Of a DNA stretch of 64,000 bases, positions 1 through 8,081 are shown in pieces. The DNA lies in contig JAVEXP010000001.1 of NCBI GenBank assembly GCA_034003985.1, positions 155,347 to 219,346 on the forward strand, given 5' to 3'. The translations under genes were made by a program, and so were the position numbers. Every line of letters starts with the position of its first letter. Position 1 is the stretch's first letter. Under the pieces are notes generated by a model. That model did not search any database. It was not told where the DNA came from and worked only from the letters and a program-made list of their open reading frames with translations. Source of the DNA: Patescibacteria group bacterium. Lineage in GTDB: Bacteria; Patescibacteriota; Patescibacteriia; Buchananbacterales; UBA6539.

Positions 1-68
1 TGAGCTGGCGCAGCAGTTGGGATAAATTTAAGCCAGTTAATTATAAATCATAACCGGAGATCAACTAT

Positions 69-194
69 ATGGAATGTGAACAATGCGGTTTGCCGCTAGA
101 CGAGCAGACCAGCTGTCTTTGTGAAATGATAATCTGCTATCATTGTTGCAGTTGTGAATCTGGTTGTCGCTGCGGCTGTCACGAGCGATCATAA
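69..194 (+). CDS. Small cysteine-rich protein (41 aa, 13 Cys): MECEQCGLPLDEQTSCLCEMIICYHCCSCESGCRCGCHERS. Metallothionein-like or metal-binding peptide. Not in the supplied ORF track because it is under 60 aa.
   Basis: I read the ORF manually. ATG at 69 is preceded by GGAG at 54-57. The stop TAA is at 192-194. A hairpin plus T-run follows at about 218-258. Confidence 0.4.
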   Translation: MECEQCGLPLDEQTSCLCEMIICYHCCSCESGCRCGCHERS

Positions 195-217
195 CTTATC
201 AGTTATCGGTGTAAAAA

Positions 218-258
218 CCCAGCCTTTATAAGGCTGGGTTTAGGTTTAGCTTGTCTTT
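218..258 (+). terminator. Intrinsic terminator: hairpin aaacccagcc/ggctgggttt followed by a T-rich run.
   Basis: Perfect inverted repeat cccagcc-tttataa-ggctggg, then tttaggtttagcttgtcttttttt. Confidence 0.45.
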
Positions 259-285
259 TTTTGGCAGAGTGATAAACTACAGATA

Positions 286-848
286 ACTGGTTTTTGACTT
301 TGACTCAAGTAACAAAGCGAGCGACAAGGTGCCTTTGCGAAGGCAGGGAAGAACGGTCGCGATGTGGCGGTCAGAAGTCAGCCAGCTTGTTAGCCGGCAA
401 CAGTGTTTAAGCGCAAGCTTAACCAATCAGAGTCAGCCGGTTGGCATGGCAAAACGAAGCGCAATTAGGAGAACGAACCATGAAAACCTTCGGCGCCGCG
501 GCAAACACCCGCGGCACCCCAACCAACACGGAGGCCGCGATCAATTAGGGCGGCGAGAAGAATATAGGCTAAGTAGACGGCTAGGTCTAACGCTCGCAAG
601 GTGCTGATCCCACCAATGGCCGTTAAGCGTTGCCTGCCCTCCCAGGTGACCAGTTCCTTTTTCATTCCTCAAACGGCGTTAAGCCAGCGCCGCAGTGTTG
701 TCGGCCCGGTGGCTGACAGCAAAGTAGGTAACCACGCAAGGGTATCCCGATTCCGGGTGGGGATACTTAAGACAGTCAGGCCCGGGCTAGCCTGACATTT
801 TTCCCGGCTGAGAGCCTCTTCCCCTCTCAGTTTTTTTTATCCCCAGGA
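286..848 (+). ncRNA. GC-rich structured RNA candidate of about 500-560 nt, unclassified. I considered RNase P RNA and tmRNA but could not confirm either. No credible ORF. It ends in a strong intrinsic terminator.
   Basis: GC is about 55-60% in a roughly 40% GC genome. Only Arg-rich, nonsense-like ORFs overlap it (329-607, 465-665, 601-795). There are many local hairpins, for example gtatccc...gggatac at 742-768 and gtcaggc...gcctgac at 775-797. Putative promoter: TTGTCT at 252-257 and TAAACT at 274-279. Terminator at 808-838. Confidence 0.4.
808..838 (+). terminator. Intrinsic terminator: ctgagag-cctcttccc-ctctcag followed by T8.
   Basis: Perfect 7-bp stem with a 9-nt loop, followed by tttttttt. 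Confidence 0.65.
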
Positions 849-855
849 AGAGGGC

Positions 856-884
856 TTGACACCATAATGGTTTAGTATTAATAT
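856..884 (+). promoter_or_regulatory. Sigma70-like promoter for the TrpR-like gene: TTGACA, 17-nt spacer, TAATAT.
   Basis: ttgaca at 856-861 and taatat at 879-884. An AT-rich leader follows. Confidence 0.5.
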
Positions 885-909
885 ATTAATATAGTAATAC
901 ATTAATACA

Positions 910-1212
910 ATGAAGAAAGTCAACCAAGTCAAAAATCAATGGCAAACCAAGGAAACGGCCCAGTTATTTAAGGCCATCGCCAAAATTGGCACTACTCGTC
1001 AGGCCGAGCAATTTATTCGTGACCTGTGTACCTTGGACGAAATTTATGAAATGGCCAGACGCTGGCAGGCAGTCAGAATGATTAATCAAGGCAAGTCCTA
1101 CCGAGAAATCGCCGCCAAGACCGGGTTAAGCACCACCACCGTTACCCGGGTAGCTTACTGGCTAAATTACGGCGAGGGTGGTTATCGGGCCATTTTGAAG
1201 AAAACAAAATAA
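910..1212 (+). CDS. TrpR-like protein of the YerC/YecD family, a small helix-turn-helix regulator-like protein.
   Basis: 100 aa. The C-terminal block ...SYREIAAKTGLSTTTVTRVAYWLNYGEGGY... is typical of the TrpR/YerC family. A terminator hairpin follows at 1305-1328. Confidence 0.7.
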   Translation: MKKVNQVKNQWQTKETAQLFKAIAKIGTTRQAEQFIRDLCTLDEIYEMARRWQAVRMINQGKSYREIAAKTGLSTTTVTRVAYWLNYGEGGYRAILKKTK

Positions 1213-1304
1213 TTATGAGGAATCAGATACAAACCACTAATCATCAGCAAATTACCTGGCCAGAGTCGAGGTGATTTGACATTGTTTAATTCAATTTCAG
1301 CTTA

Positions 1305-1328
1305 CCCCGCCTCTGGCGGGATTTTTTG
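1305..1328 (+). terminator. Intrinsic terminator: ccccgcc-tctg-gcggg followed by a T-run.
   Basis: Short GC stem followed by attttttg. Confidence 0.5.
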
Positions 1329-1362
1329 TGGATCTTTTCACTAACCAATGGAGGGCACAAAG

Positions 1363-1722
1363 ATGCCAAAGTATCGATTGGATGAAGACTGGCAGGTTGA
1401 TTTCGGCAAGCTTGGCGGATTGGTGGCGGTAGTCATTCAGGATTGGCGGACCAATCAGGTGCTGCAGCAGGCTTTCATGAATCAGGAAAGCTTTCGGCGC
1501 ACTCTTGCTACCGGTGAGATCTGGCTGTGGTCGCGCTCCCGCCAGAAACTGTGGCACAAGGGCGAAACTAGCGGCAATGTTATGCTCGTCAAGGAGCTTT
1601 GGCTGGATTGCGATGGGGATTGCGTTTTGGCCAAAGTTAAAGTGCTGGGCAATGCCTTGGCCTGCCACGAAGATCGTCGGTCTTGTTTCGCCCGGCGCTT
1701 GAAAAAGCAAACCGGCAAGTAA
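1363..1722 (+). CDS. hisI: Phosphoribosyl-AMP cyclohydrolase (HisI), monofunctional.
   Basis: The motifs GLVAVVIQD, WSRSRQKLWHKGETSGN, DCDGD and ACHEDRRSCF match the HisI family. GGAGGG sits 6 nt upstream of the ATG at 1363. The track's longer start is at 1348. Confidence 0.85.
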   Translation: MPKYRLDEDWQVDFGKLGGLVAVVIQDWRTNQVLQQAFMNQESFRRTLATGEIWLWSRSRQKLWHKGETSGNVMLVKELWLDCDGDCVLAKVKVLGNALACHEDRRSCFARRLKKQTGK

Positions 1723-1845
1723 CTGAGTGCTAGTCACAGCAATTCAATCAGAGCGAGAAGGCTATTGGCTTGACCGACCGTTATCGAGCGTGTTAACTTT
1801 GGTTGAGGCAAAACTTCAACGCGGTGATCCGAAGAGGAGTAAGAT

Positions 1846-2751
1846 ATGAAAGCCAAAGGATGCAGATTGATCGTCCCGGACGGTTCCTTAATGGACACCG
1901 TTCATCAGTTGTTGGCCGAAGCGGATTGCCCGGTTAGTTATCCCAGCAGCCGGGCTTATCGCGGAATCATTGCCAATCACCGGCTTTTCCCGCCGCCTTT
2001 TCATCTGGTTCACCGGATGCGGCCGTGGGATTCACCGTTGGTGGTAGCCGCGCAACGAGCGGAATTGGCGTTTACCGGCCAAGATTTGATTATCGAAGCC
2101 GGTTGCCAGGATCAGGTGGTGGTCCTGGACAAGTATCCGCTTTCGCGGGGTGGCGTTGGTTTTACCAAGTTGGTGTTGGCAGTGACAAGCGATTCTTTGA
2201 TCAAATCGGTGACAGATCTTGGTCCACAACACCAGGTGGCTACCGAATACCCCAACTACGCGCGGCAGTGGCTGGCGGCCAAGGGTGTTAATCCTCGGAT
2301 TGTCTGCTGCCACGGTTCGTTGGAAGCTTTTGCCGACTTCGCCGACGCGATTTTTGAGAATACCGAAACCGGGACTTCGTTGAAAGTCGGCGGGTGGCGG
2401 ATCATTGAAGATCTACCCAAGTCGCAGACTTGCTTGATTACTTATTCGCAAGCCTTGGAAGATGAAGTTCAGAATGCCATCATCCAGGAATTTCGGATAT
2501 TGCTGAATGCGGTCATGGCGGCGCGTGGCCGAGTGATGATCAAGTGCAATGTCAGACCCGAGAACTGCACCAGCATCGCGGCGCTGTTGCCTTCGGCCGG
2601 CAGGCCAACAATGTCACCGTTGTTCGGTAATGACGGCTTTGCCTTGGAGGCAGTTGTGATGCAGTCGGATGTCGAAAGCCTGCTGCCGGCGCTGAAAAAA
2701 GCCGGTGCGACGGCGATTGTAGTCCATAATATCGACAAATTCTTGCCCTAA
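1846..2751 (+). CDS. hisG: ATP phosphoribosyltransferase, long form, with the C-terminal regulatory domain (HisG).
   Basis: ADAIFENTETGTSLKVGGWRIIED...TCLI matches the HisG catalytic motif ADAIxDLVSTGxTLxxNGL. The C-terminal ALLPSAGRPTMSPL...KKAGATAIVV matches the HisG regulatory domain. RBS GAGGAG upstream. Confidence 0.85.
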   Translation: MKAKGCRLIVPDGSLMDTVHQLLAEADCPVSYPSSRAYRGIIANHRLFPPPFHLVHRMRPWDSPLVVAAQRAELAFTGQDLIIEAGCQDQVVVLDKYPLSRGGVGFTKLVLAVTSDSLIKSVTDLGPQHQVATEYPNYARQWLAAKGVNPRIVCCHGSLEAFADFADAIFENTETGTSLKVGGWRIIEDLPKSQTCLITYSQALEDEVQNAIIQEFRILLNAVMAARGRVMIKCNVRPENCTSIAALLPSAGRPTMSPLFGNDGFALEAVVMQSDVESLLPALKKAGATAIVVHNIDKFLP

Positions 2752-2794
2752 GCGGCCCAATTGGCCGAGTGGGCAGAAACGACTGTTGGACGAA

Positions 2795-2830
2795 GCGGAA
2801 ACCTACTTTACGGGTTTCCGTCTTTTTTTA
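2795..2830 (+). terminator. Intrinsic terminator: cggaaacc-tactttac-gggtttccg followed by T8.
   Basis: Stem-loop followed by tctttttttat. Confidence 0.6.
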
Positions 2831-2849
2831 TTCATGCTATAAAAAGATC

Positions 2850-3302
2850 ATGAATTTAAATGACAATTACCGTCAAAGTAACCGCATTACTTCAGTTAAA
2901 GTTGAGGTTGGCGACTTGGCAATCAAATTAACGAATGATTTGCTGGCTTGTGTTGAGACTAATCAGCGCCAAAATTTGGGAGAACAATTATTGGATGAGC
3001 TTTGTGACAGCGCCAAAATCGATATTGTCAAACTGAAAATATCAGACACCAGGCAATATCATAAACGGCGCGGCCGCCGGATTGTTTTCAAGCAATATGG
3101 CTATTATCGCGATAAATACATTTATATTCAAAACCGGACCCCGGCGCGCGGCCAGCTAGTGGCGCCGAAAACTTTTTTGGACACCCTGTTGCACGAATGG
3201 TTGCATCATTATGATACTTACGCCTTGGGACTTAATTCCATTCATACTAAGGGATTTTATGAGCGGTTGAAAGATCTTAGAAATCGTTTGAGGGTTACCT
3301 GA
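2850..3302 (+). CDS. Hypothetical protein with an HExxH motif (LLHEWLHHYD), possibly a zinc-dependent hydrolase.
   Basis: The track ORF 2769-3302 overlaps the upstream terminator, so I chose the internal ATG at 2850. AT-rich host-like composition. Confidence 0.45.
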   Translation: MNLNDNYRQSNRITSVKVEVGDLAIKLTNDLLACVETNQRQNLGEQLLDELCDSAKIDIVKLKISDTRQYHKRRGRRIVFKQYGYYRDKYIYIQNRTPARGQLVAPKTFLDTLLHEWLHHYDTYALGLNSIHTKGFYERLKDLRNRLRVT

Positions 3303-3337
3303 TATTATTGCTAAAGATATTTTGAAGATTCAATGTT

Positions 3338-4351
3338 TTGTGGTATAATTCAAAAGAAATGACCACTAAAAAATTGCATCAATTCATTGAATATCTGAGT
3401 CAGCAAAATTTGGTTTGGGCGCCTCAGAAACAAAATGGCCAGCTGGTCATTTCTCAAGTCAGCAGTCCTGAAGAGGTCGTTTTAACTAATGAGTTGCCAT
3501 TGCATTCGTTTAAAAAAATATTGGTGCCGCCGCAGGAGGCGCTTTTTAGTTATCAAAGAGGCAGAATCAAGGCTAAAATCGAGTCTCCTTATCAGGTGAT
3601 TTTTGGTTTAACCGTGCCGGATTTGAAGGCCGTAATATATTTGGATCAGGTGTTTGCCAAGGATCCTTACTATCAGGCTCGGCGCAAAAAAACTTTAATC
3701 GTCGGTCATAGCTTGGTGCCGGAAGCGGATTATCAATTTTTCATTGAGAAGTTCAGTGAAGATATTTTAGAGCATTTGAAGTTTGATATTTTTTTGGCCA
3801 TTCAGAAAAACCAGAAAAATTTTATCGTTTATACCGGATCAGAAGACGGTCAGCGGATTTTGGATGATTTTGGCTATAAATTATACGAACACATTGAATA
3901 TGTCGGGCCAATCAAAGAAGAGGGTCCCGACAAACAGATGCTGGAGATTAGAAGAAAGTTTTATGATAATCCGAAAATTTGGCAGGATTTGGCCCAGCGC
4001 TGTATTGAGTGCGGAAAGTGCAGTCTGGTTTGCCCGACTTGTTTTTGTCATGACCTTATTGACCAACCGGAGCTGGGTGAGGGTAACGGCACCAGAAATC
4101 GGCAATGGACCGCTTGCTTTTACGCTAATTTTTCCGCCGTGGCCGGTCGTGAATTGGGTAGCGGCAAGCCAAAATTTTTAAATAATACGGAGCAACGGAT
4201 CAGGTTTTGGTATGAACATAAATTTGTCAGGTCGGTTGACGAATTTGGCATTTCTGGCTGTGTCGGCTGCGGGCGCTGTACCAAAGTCTGTCCGGTGGCA
4301 ATTGACATTAAAAAAACTTTACAAAAAATTTTAAAAGGTGAAATTGAATGA
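3338..4351 (+). CDS. [NiFe] hydrogenase group-3b-like beta subunit (sulfhydrogenase HydB-like), a 4Fe-4S dicluster protein.
   Basis: Two ferredoxin-type Cys motifs (CIECGKCSLVCPTC and CVGCGRCTKVCP). The stop overlaps the start of the gamma subunit (ATGA). Confidence 0.7.
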   Translation: MWYNSKEMTTKKLHQFIEYLSQQNLVWAPQKQNGQLVISQVSSPEEVVLTNELPLHSFKKILVPPQEALFSYQRGRIKAKIESPYQVIFGLTVPDLKAVIYLDQVFAKDPYYQARRKKTLIVGHSLVPEADYQFFIEKFSEDILEHLKFDIFLAIQKNQKNFIVYTGSEDGQRILDDFGYKLYEHIEYVGPIKEEGPDKQMLEIRRKFYDNPKIWQDLAQRCIECGKCSLVCPTCFCHDLIDQPELGEGNGTRNRQWTACFYANFSAVAGRELGSGKPKFLNNTEQRIRFWYEHKFVRSVDEFGISGCVGCGRCTKVCPVAIDIKKTLQKILKGEIE

Positions 4352-5166
4352 TTAATCCGTATTTGCCAAAATTTGTTAAGATTAAGGCAATCCGAACGGA
4401 AACTTCCGACACCAAACTTTTTACTTTTGAGTTTGTTGACGCCAAAGATCGTCGTAATTTTTCTTTTGAACACGGTCAATTTATGATGGCTGGTATGCTT
4501 GGTGAGGGCGAAGCGGCTTTTGATATTTGTTCTTCCCGGGCGGATTTACAAAAATTTGATTTGGCGATTCGCCAAGTCGGGAGATTGACTGCCAAATTGC
4601 ATCAGCTGAAAGTTGGAGATCAAATAACAATCCGTGGGCCGTTTGGCAATGGTTTGCCTTTAAATAACTTCAAGAATCGCGATTTATTATTAATTGGCGG
4701 CGGCTGTGGTTTTATCACCATGAGATCGTTTGCTTTGGATTACTTAGCGGGAAAATTGGATATTGGTAAATTGAATATATTTTACGGTTGCGCCAATGAA
4801 GAACGCTTGCTTTTTAAAAAAGAATATAAAAGCTGGCGCAAAAAGGTTGGCTTGGAAATCGCCTTGGACAAGCCGTCAAAAAATTGGCAAGGTAAAATGG
4901 GGACAATTACTTCTTTGTTTAATTCCAGCCAAGATTTTACTGGTGCCGTGGCATTGATGGTTGGACCGCCGGCGATGTATAAATTTGTAATTGAAGAATT
5001 GCAGGACAGAGGTATTAAAGACGAGGACATTTATTTGTCATTGGAGCGCCGAATGTATTGTGGTATTGGAGTCTGTCAGCACTGCGCCATTGGCCCGTAC
5101 TATGTTTGTAAAGACGGCCCGGTTTTTTCTTGGGCGCAGCTGCGGGGAATTCCTAACGCCATTTAG
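4348..5166 (+). CDS. Hydrogenase gamma subunit: a PyrK-like FAD/NAD(P)-binding oxidoreductase with a C-terminal 2Fe-2S site (sulfhydrogenase HydG-like).
   Basis: FNR-like fold motifs (GDQITIRGPFG and LIGGGCG). C-terminal C-x4-C-x2-C...C cluster motif (CGIGVCQHCAIGPYYVC). Confidence 0.75.
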   Translation: MINPYLPKFVKIKAIRTETSDTKLFTFEFVDAKDRRNFSFEHGQFMMAGMLGEGEAAFDICSSRADLQKFDLAIRQVGRLTAKLHQLKVGDQITIRGPFGNGLPLNNFKNRDLLLIGGGCGFITMRSFALDYLAGKLDIGKLNIFYGCANEERLLFKKEYKSWRKKVGLEIALDKPSKNWQGKMGTITSLFNSSQDFTGAVALMVGPPAMYKFVIEELQDRGIKDEDIYLSLERRMYCGIGVCQHCAIGPYYVCKDGPVFSWAQLRGIPNAI

Positions 5167-5169
5167 CCT

Positions 5170-5694
5170 ATGGTGGTTTCAACAAAACAGCCAAAAAAAG
5201 TAAAAGTCAACGATAAAATGCAACAGGGATATGTTTATGAATTAACCGTCAGTGAAGGTAAAAATTTTCATCCGGAATTTAAGCCGGAATTAACGCCTAA
5301 ACAGATGCTGGAATTGGGAGTATTTGGCGGTAAATATTTGAATGATTGCCAAAAAGAATTTCCCAAATCCTGGTTTAAGCGGGCGAAACTGGCCAAACGC
5401 CATAAAAATCTTTCCTTGAATTATTTTAAAGTTGATGCGTCATTGCCGTTGAAGGAGTGGCAGCGTAAAGGCTGGATTTATAAAGACGATCCCCGCGGGT
5501 GGTTTCAATGGTATTGCCGTTATTATCTGGGCAGAAGATTGGATCAAGAAGATTGGCGGCAAATTAAGCGCTGGAAAGCAATTAGGCGCCATATCGGGGC
5601 GATTAAGAATAATTGTTTTCAAGGCGATTTAAACTGTCGGGCGCGCCAACGCCAGGCATTATTGCACTGGGCGTATGACAGCCGAAGGATATAA
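5170..5694 (+). CDS. Conserved hypothetical basic protein with Trp/Arg-rich motifs (GWFQWYCRYYLGRR, RWKAIRRH).
   Basis: 174 aa ORF, tightly packed within the hydrogenase gene array. No recognisable catalytic motif. Confidence 0.45.
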   Translation: MVVSTKQPKKVKVNDKMQQGYVYELTVSEGKNFHPEFKPELTPKQMLELGVFGGKYLNDCQKEFPKSWFKRAKLAKRHKNLSLNYFKVDASLPLKEWQRKGWIYKDDPRGWFQWYCRYYLGRRLDQEDWRQIKRWKAIRRHIGAIKNNCFQGDLNCRARQRQALLHWAYDSRRI

Positions 5695-5710
5695 ATAATC
5701 AGTTATAATA

Positions 5711-6103
5711 ATGAAACCTAAAATATTTATCATTTTCATTATGCCGGTTCTGACTTTGATTTTGGTTGGTTGCAGTTTTAAAGAAGAATACGCCATGCAA
5801 TATACAATTGTTGACCAGGCTGGTATTGAAACTAAAGTAACAGCGACTGATGATGGCGTTAAATTGGAGATTCCTTTTGCTGATTTTACTTGCGATATTA
5901 AAAGCGTTAAGGCAACGCTTGAAAGAAATGAAAGTATTTTTTCGGTTTTTATCCAGGGTAATGAAACCCCAGCGCGCTGTAGCCAAAAATTTAGCGCCGA
6001 TATTAATGGGGTTTCGCCCGGAAGTTATCAACTTAAAGTTTATTATCAGCGAGGGGAAGAAAAGCAAGTAGTTTTAGTTGAAGATTTTCAGGTAACCCAA
6101 TAA
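5711..6103 (+). CDS. Hypothetical lipoprotein.
   Basis: N-terminal signal peptide with a lipobox (LILVGC). Confidence 0.5.
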   Translation: MKPKIFIIFIMPVLTLILVGCSFKEEYAMQYTIVDQAGIETKVTATDDGVKLEIPFADFTCDIKSVKATLERNESIFSVFIQGNETPARCSQKFSADINGVSPGSYQLKVYYQRGEEKQVVLVEDFQVTQ

Positions 6104-6108
6104 TTAAA

Positions 6109-6312
6109 ATGTGCCTAACAGTACCGCTAGAGGTCACTAAAATCAAAAAACAGACAGCGGAATTGGCTGACGGGCGAGTGGTTAATATCAGTTTGGTCAA
6201 AGATGTTGAGGTTGGTGATTGGATTTTGGTTAATGCTAATTTGGCACTAGCCAAAATCACCGTGGAGGAAGCCAGGGAAATTATTGAGTTGTTAGCAATT
6301 AATAAAAAGTAA
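6109..6312 (+). CDS. hypC: Hydrogenase maturation factor HypC.
   Basis: 67 aa starting MCL, the essential Cys2. MCLTVPLEV...VGDWILVNANLAL...EEA matches HypC/HupF. Confidence 0.85.
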   Translation: MCLTVPLEVTKIKKQTAELADGRVVNISLVKDVEVGDWILVNANLALAKITVEEAREIIELLAINKK

Positions 6313-6315
6313 AAT

Positions 6316-7269
6316 ATGGAAACTAAAACAAAATTATTTAATTTTGAGCGACAGCGGATTGGAATAATATTGGTATTGCTAACCGCCTTAATTTCCGGTG
6401 TGGCTAATTTTTTCAATAAATTTGCCATGCAAATTCTAGCCAAAGATGCTTTTCAATATACTGCTTTGAAAAATATAGTAGTGGCCTTGGGTTTGAGTTT
6501 AATTTTATTGTCACCATTGGTGTTGGGGAAATTAAAAAAAATTCAAAAAACTGACTGGCTTAAATTAATCATCATTGGCTTAATTGGCGGCGGTATTCCG
6601 TTTTTGTTGTTTTTTAAAGGTTTGAGCTTAACCAGCGCGGTCAGCGCCAGTTTTATACACAAAACTTTATTTGCGTGGGTTGCTATTTTAGCCTGGCCAG
6701 TCTTGAAAGAAAAAATAGGTAAATGGCAATTTCTGGCTTTGGGGCTGCTGCTGATTGGCAATTTTGTTTTTTTGGATTTTCGAAATTTGCGCTGGGGAGT
6801 CGCTGAAACCATGATTTTAATTGCCACCATTATGTGGGCGATGGAAACAATCGTTGTTAAGGCTACTTTAGCAAAAGTCGAACCAATAGTGGCGGCCTGG
6901 GCGAGGATGTTTTTTGGCTCAATATTTTTGTTTGGCTGGTTAATAATGACTAATAATGTCACTGGTTTGGGACAATTAGATTTAGACCAATTAAGCTGGC
7001 TAGTGGGCGTAGGCGTGTTGCTGTTGGGCTATGTAATTACTTGGTATAGCGGATTGAAACGATTATCCGCCCTAACAACCGCCAGTATTTTGGTTTTAGC
7101 TTCACCAATTACGACATTATTAAATTCAATATTTGTCAGTCATAGTTTCTCGGTTCAGAATTTTTGGAGCAGTTTGATTATTGCCTTCGGTGTTTCGGGC
7201 TTCATCGCCTTGGGATTTAAACAAAACAGTAAATCCAGTTATCAAATATTAGAAAACAGTAAATCGTGA
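6316..7269 (+). CDS. EamA/DMT-superfamily membrane transporter.
   Basis: About 10 predicted transmembrane helices, with the two-repeat architecture typical of EamA. Confidence 0.6.
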   Translation: METKTKLFNFERQRIGIILVLLTALISGVANFFNKFAMQILAKDAFQYTALKNIVVALGLSLILLSPLVLGKLKKIQKTDWLKLIIIGLIGGGIPFLLFFKGLSLTSAVSASFIHKTLFAWVAILAWPVLKEKIGKWQFLALGLLLIGNFVFLDFRNLRWGVAETMILIATIMWAMETIVVKATLAKVEPIVAAWARMFFGSIFLFGWLIMTNNVTGLGQLDLDQLSWLVGVGVLLLGYVITWYSGLKRLSALTTASILVLASPITTLLNSIFVSHSFSVQNFWSSLIIAFGVSGFIALGFKQNSKSSYQILENSKS

Positions 7270-8081
7270 TGTTGTTAAACGACCAAAAATTGGCCGGGGC
7301 TTTACTGGCGGCGCGCTATGCCTTTATGCCTAACCGTTTGAAATATTGCGGACCGGATAATAATGCGGAATTGTTTGGTTATCTTGCCAATCAAACCGCT
7401 GATTTGGGTTTAAAGGAGATGCTCCAGGAATTTCAAACAATGTTTCCTTATTTAAAGTTGATTGCCGAAGCAAACCATATTGCCGATCCGTTCAACTATC
7501 GGGTGGTTGAAGCTTATTGGATTGGTAATGAACTATTGGAGAAAGTCAGGATACAAAATTTTTATCGTTATCTGGTTGATGGCCAGCAATTGAAGAAAAA
7601 GTTTAAATTAAGTTCTTTGGAAAAACTTTTTGGCAAGATTCCTTTGGGCGCCAAGCCGCACCACAGTTTTCATGTTTTAAATGTTCCGAAGCGAACCGGG
7701 TATTATCCGGTTGAACATACTTTAAAAACCATCAACGCTTGTATTATCACGCCGGCGAAAATCAAGCGCTTGAATCTTGAATCATGTTCGGCTGAAGGTC
7801 GGGTTAAAAAAATCAAAGAGCAACGAAATATTTTAAAAAAGATTATGGTTGAAGCCAGGCCATTGGTGGCTGAGGGTAATTGCCTGGAAATCGGTGAAGC
7901 CAGGGAGCAGGAAGTTTTTGTTGAATCTAATAATCAGGCCTTGGTCAAAGGATTTAAAGTTGGTGATGATGTGGCATTGCATTGGAATTGGGTTTGTGAT
8001 TTATTGACGCCAAGCCAGGCTGAAAATTTGTTGAAGTGGAATAATTATAATTTAAAATTGCTTAATCTGAATTATGCCTAA
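7266..8081 (+). CDS. Hypothetical protein, translationally coupled to the hydrogenase small subunit. Possibly a hydrogenase accessory protein.
   Basis: 271 aa. Its start overlaps the EamA stop and its end overlaps the start of the delta subunit. No known motif recognised. Confidence 0.45.
   Translation: MMLLNDQKLAGALLAARYAFMPNRLKYCGPDNNAELFGYLANQTADLGLKEMLQEFQTMFPYLKLIAEANHIADPFNYRVVEAYWIGNELLEKVRIQNFYRYLVDGQQLKKKFKLSSLEKLFGKIPLGAKPHHSFHVLNVPKRTGYYPVEHTLKTINACIITPAKIKRLNLESCSAEGRVKKIKEQRNILKKIMVEARPLVAEGNCLEIGEAREQEVFVESNNQALVKGFKVGDDVALHWNWVCDLLTPSQAENLLKWNNYNLKLLNLNYA

Noticed and set aside
329-795. Track ORFs 329-607 (+), 465-665 (-) and 601-795 (+), which encode Arg/Gly-rich low-complexity proteins.
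   Set aside because: They lie entirely inside the GC-rich structured-RNA candidate and have no RBS. Their composition is typical of spurious frames over GC-rich non-coding sequence.
286-848. Assignment of the long GC-rich RNA to RNase P RNA or tmRNA.
   Set aside because: I could not locate the P4 strands GGAAAGUCCGGGC / ACAGAANCCGGCUUA, a tmRNA tag ORF ending in a hydrophobic ...AA stop, or a tRNA-like T-arm with a CCA end. Only weak partial matches appeared (for example GGGAUCAG and CCCGGGCUA). I left it unclassified.
3783-4181. Internal or antisense shadow ORFs within confidently assigned genes. Examples: 3783-4181 +, 10968-11387 -, 13907-14482 -, 24197-24688 -, 25888-26325 -, 42147-42491 -, 47542-47910 -, 60486-60851 -.
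   Set aside because: Each is fully nested in, or antisense to, a strongly supported conserved gene (hydrogenase beta subunit, CorC, pgk, mreB, GH, histidine kinase, serS and the repeat protein respectively). They have no RBS and their composition is typical of shadow frames.
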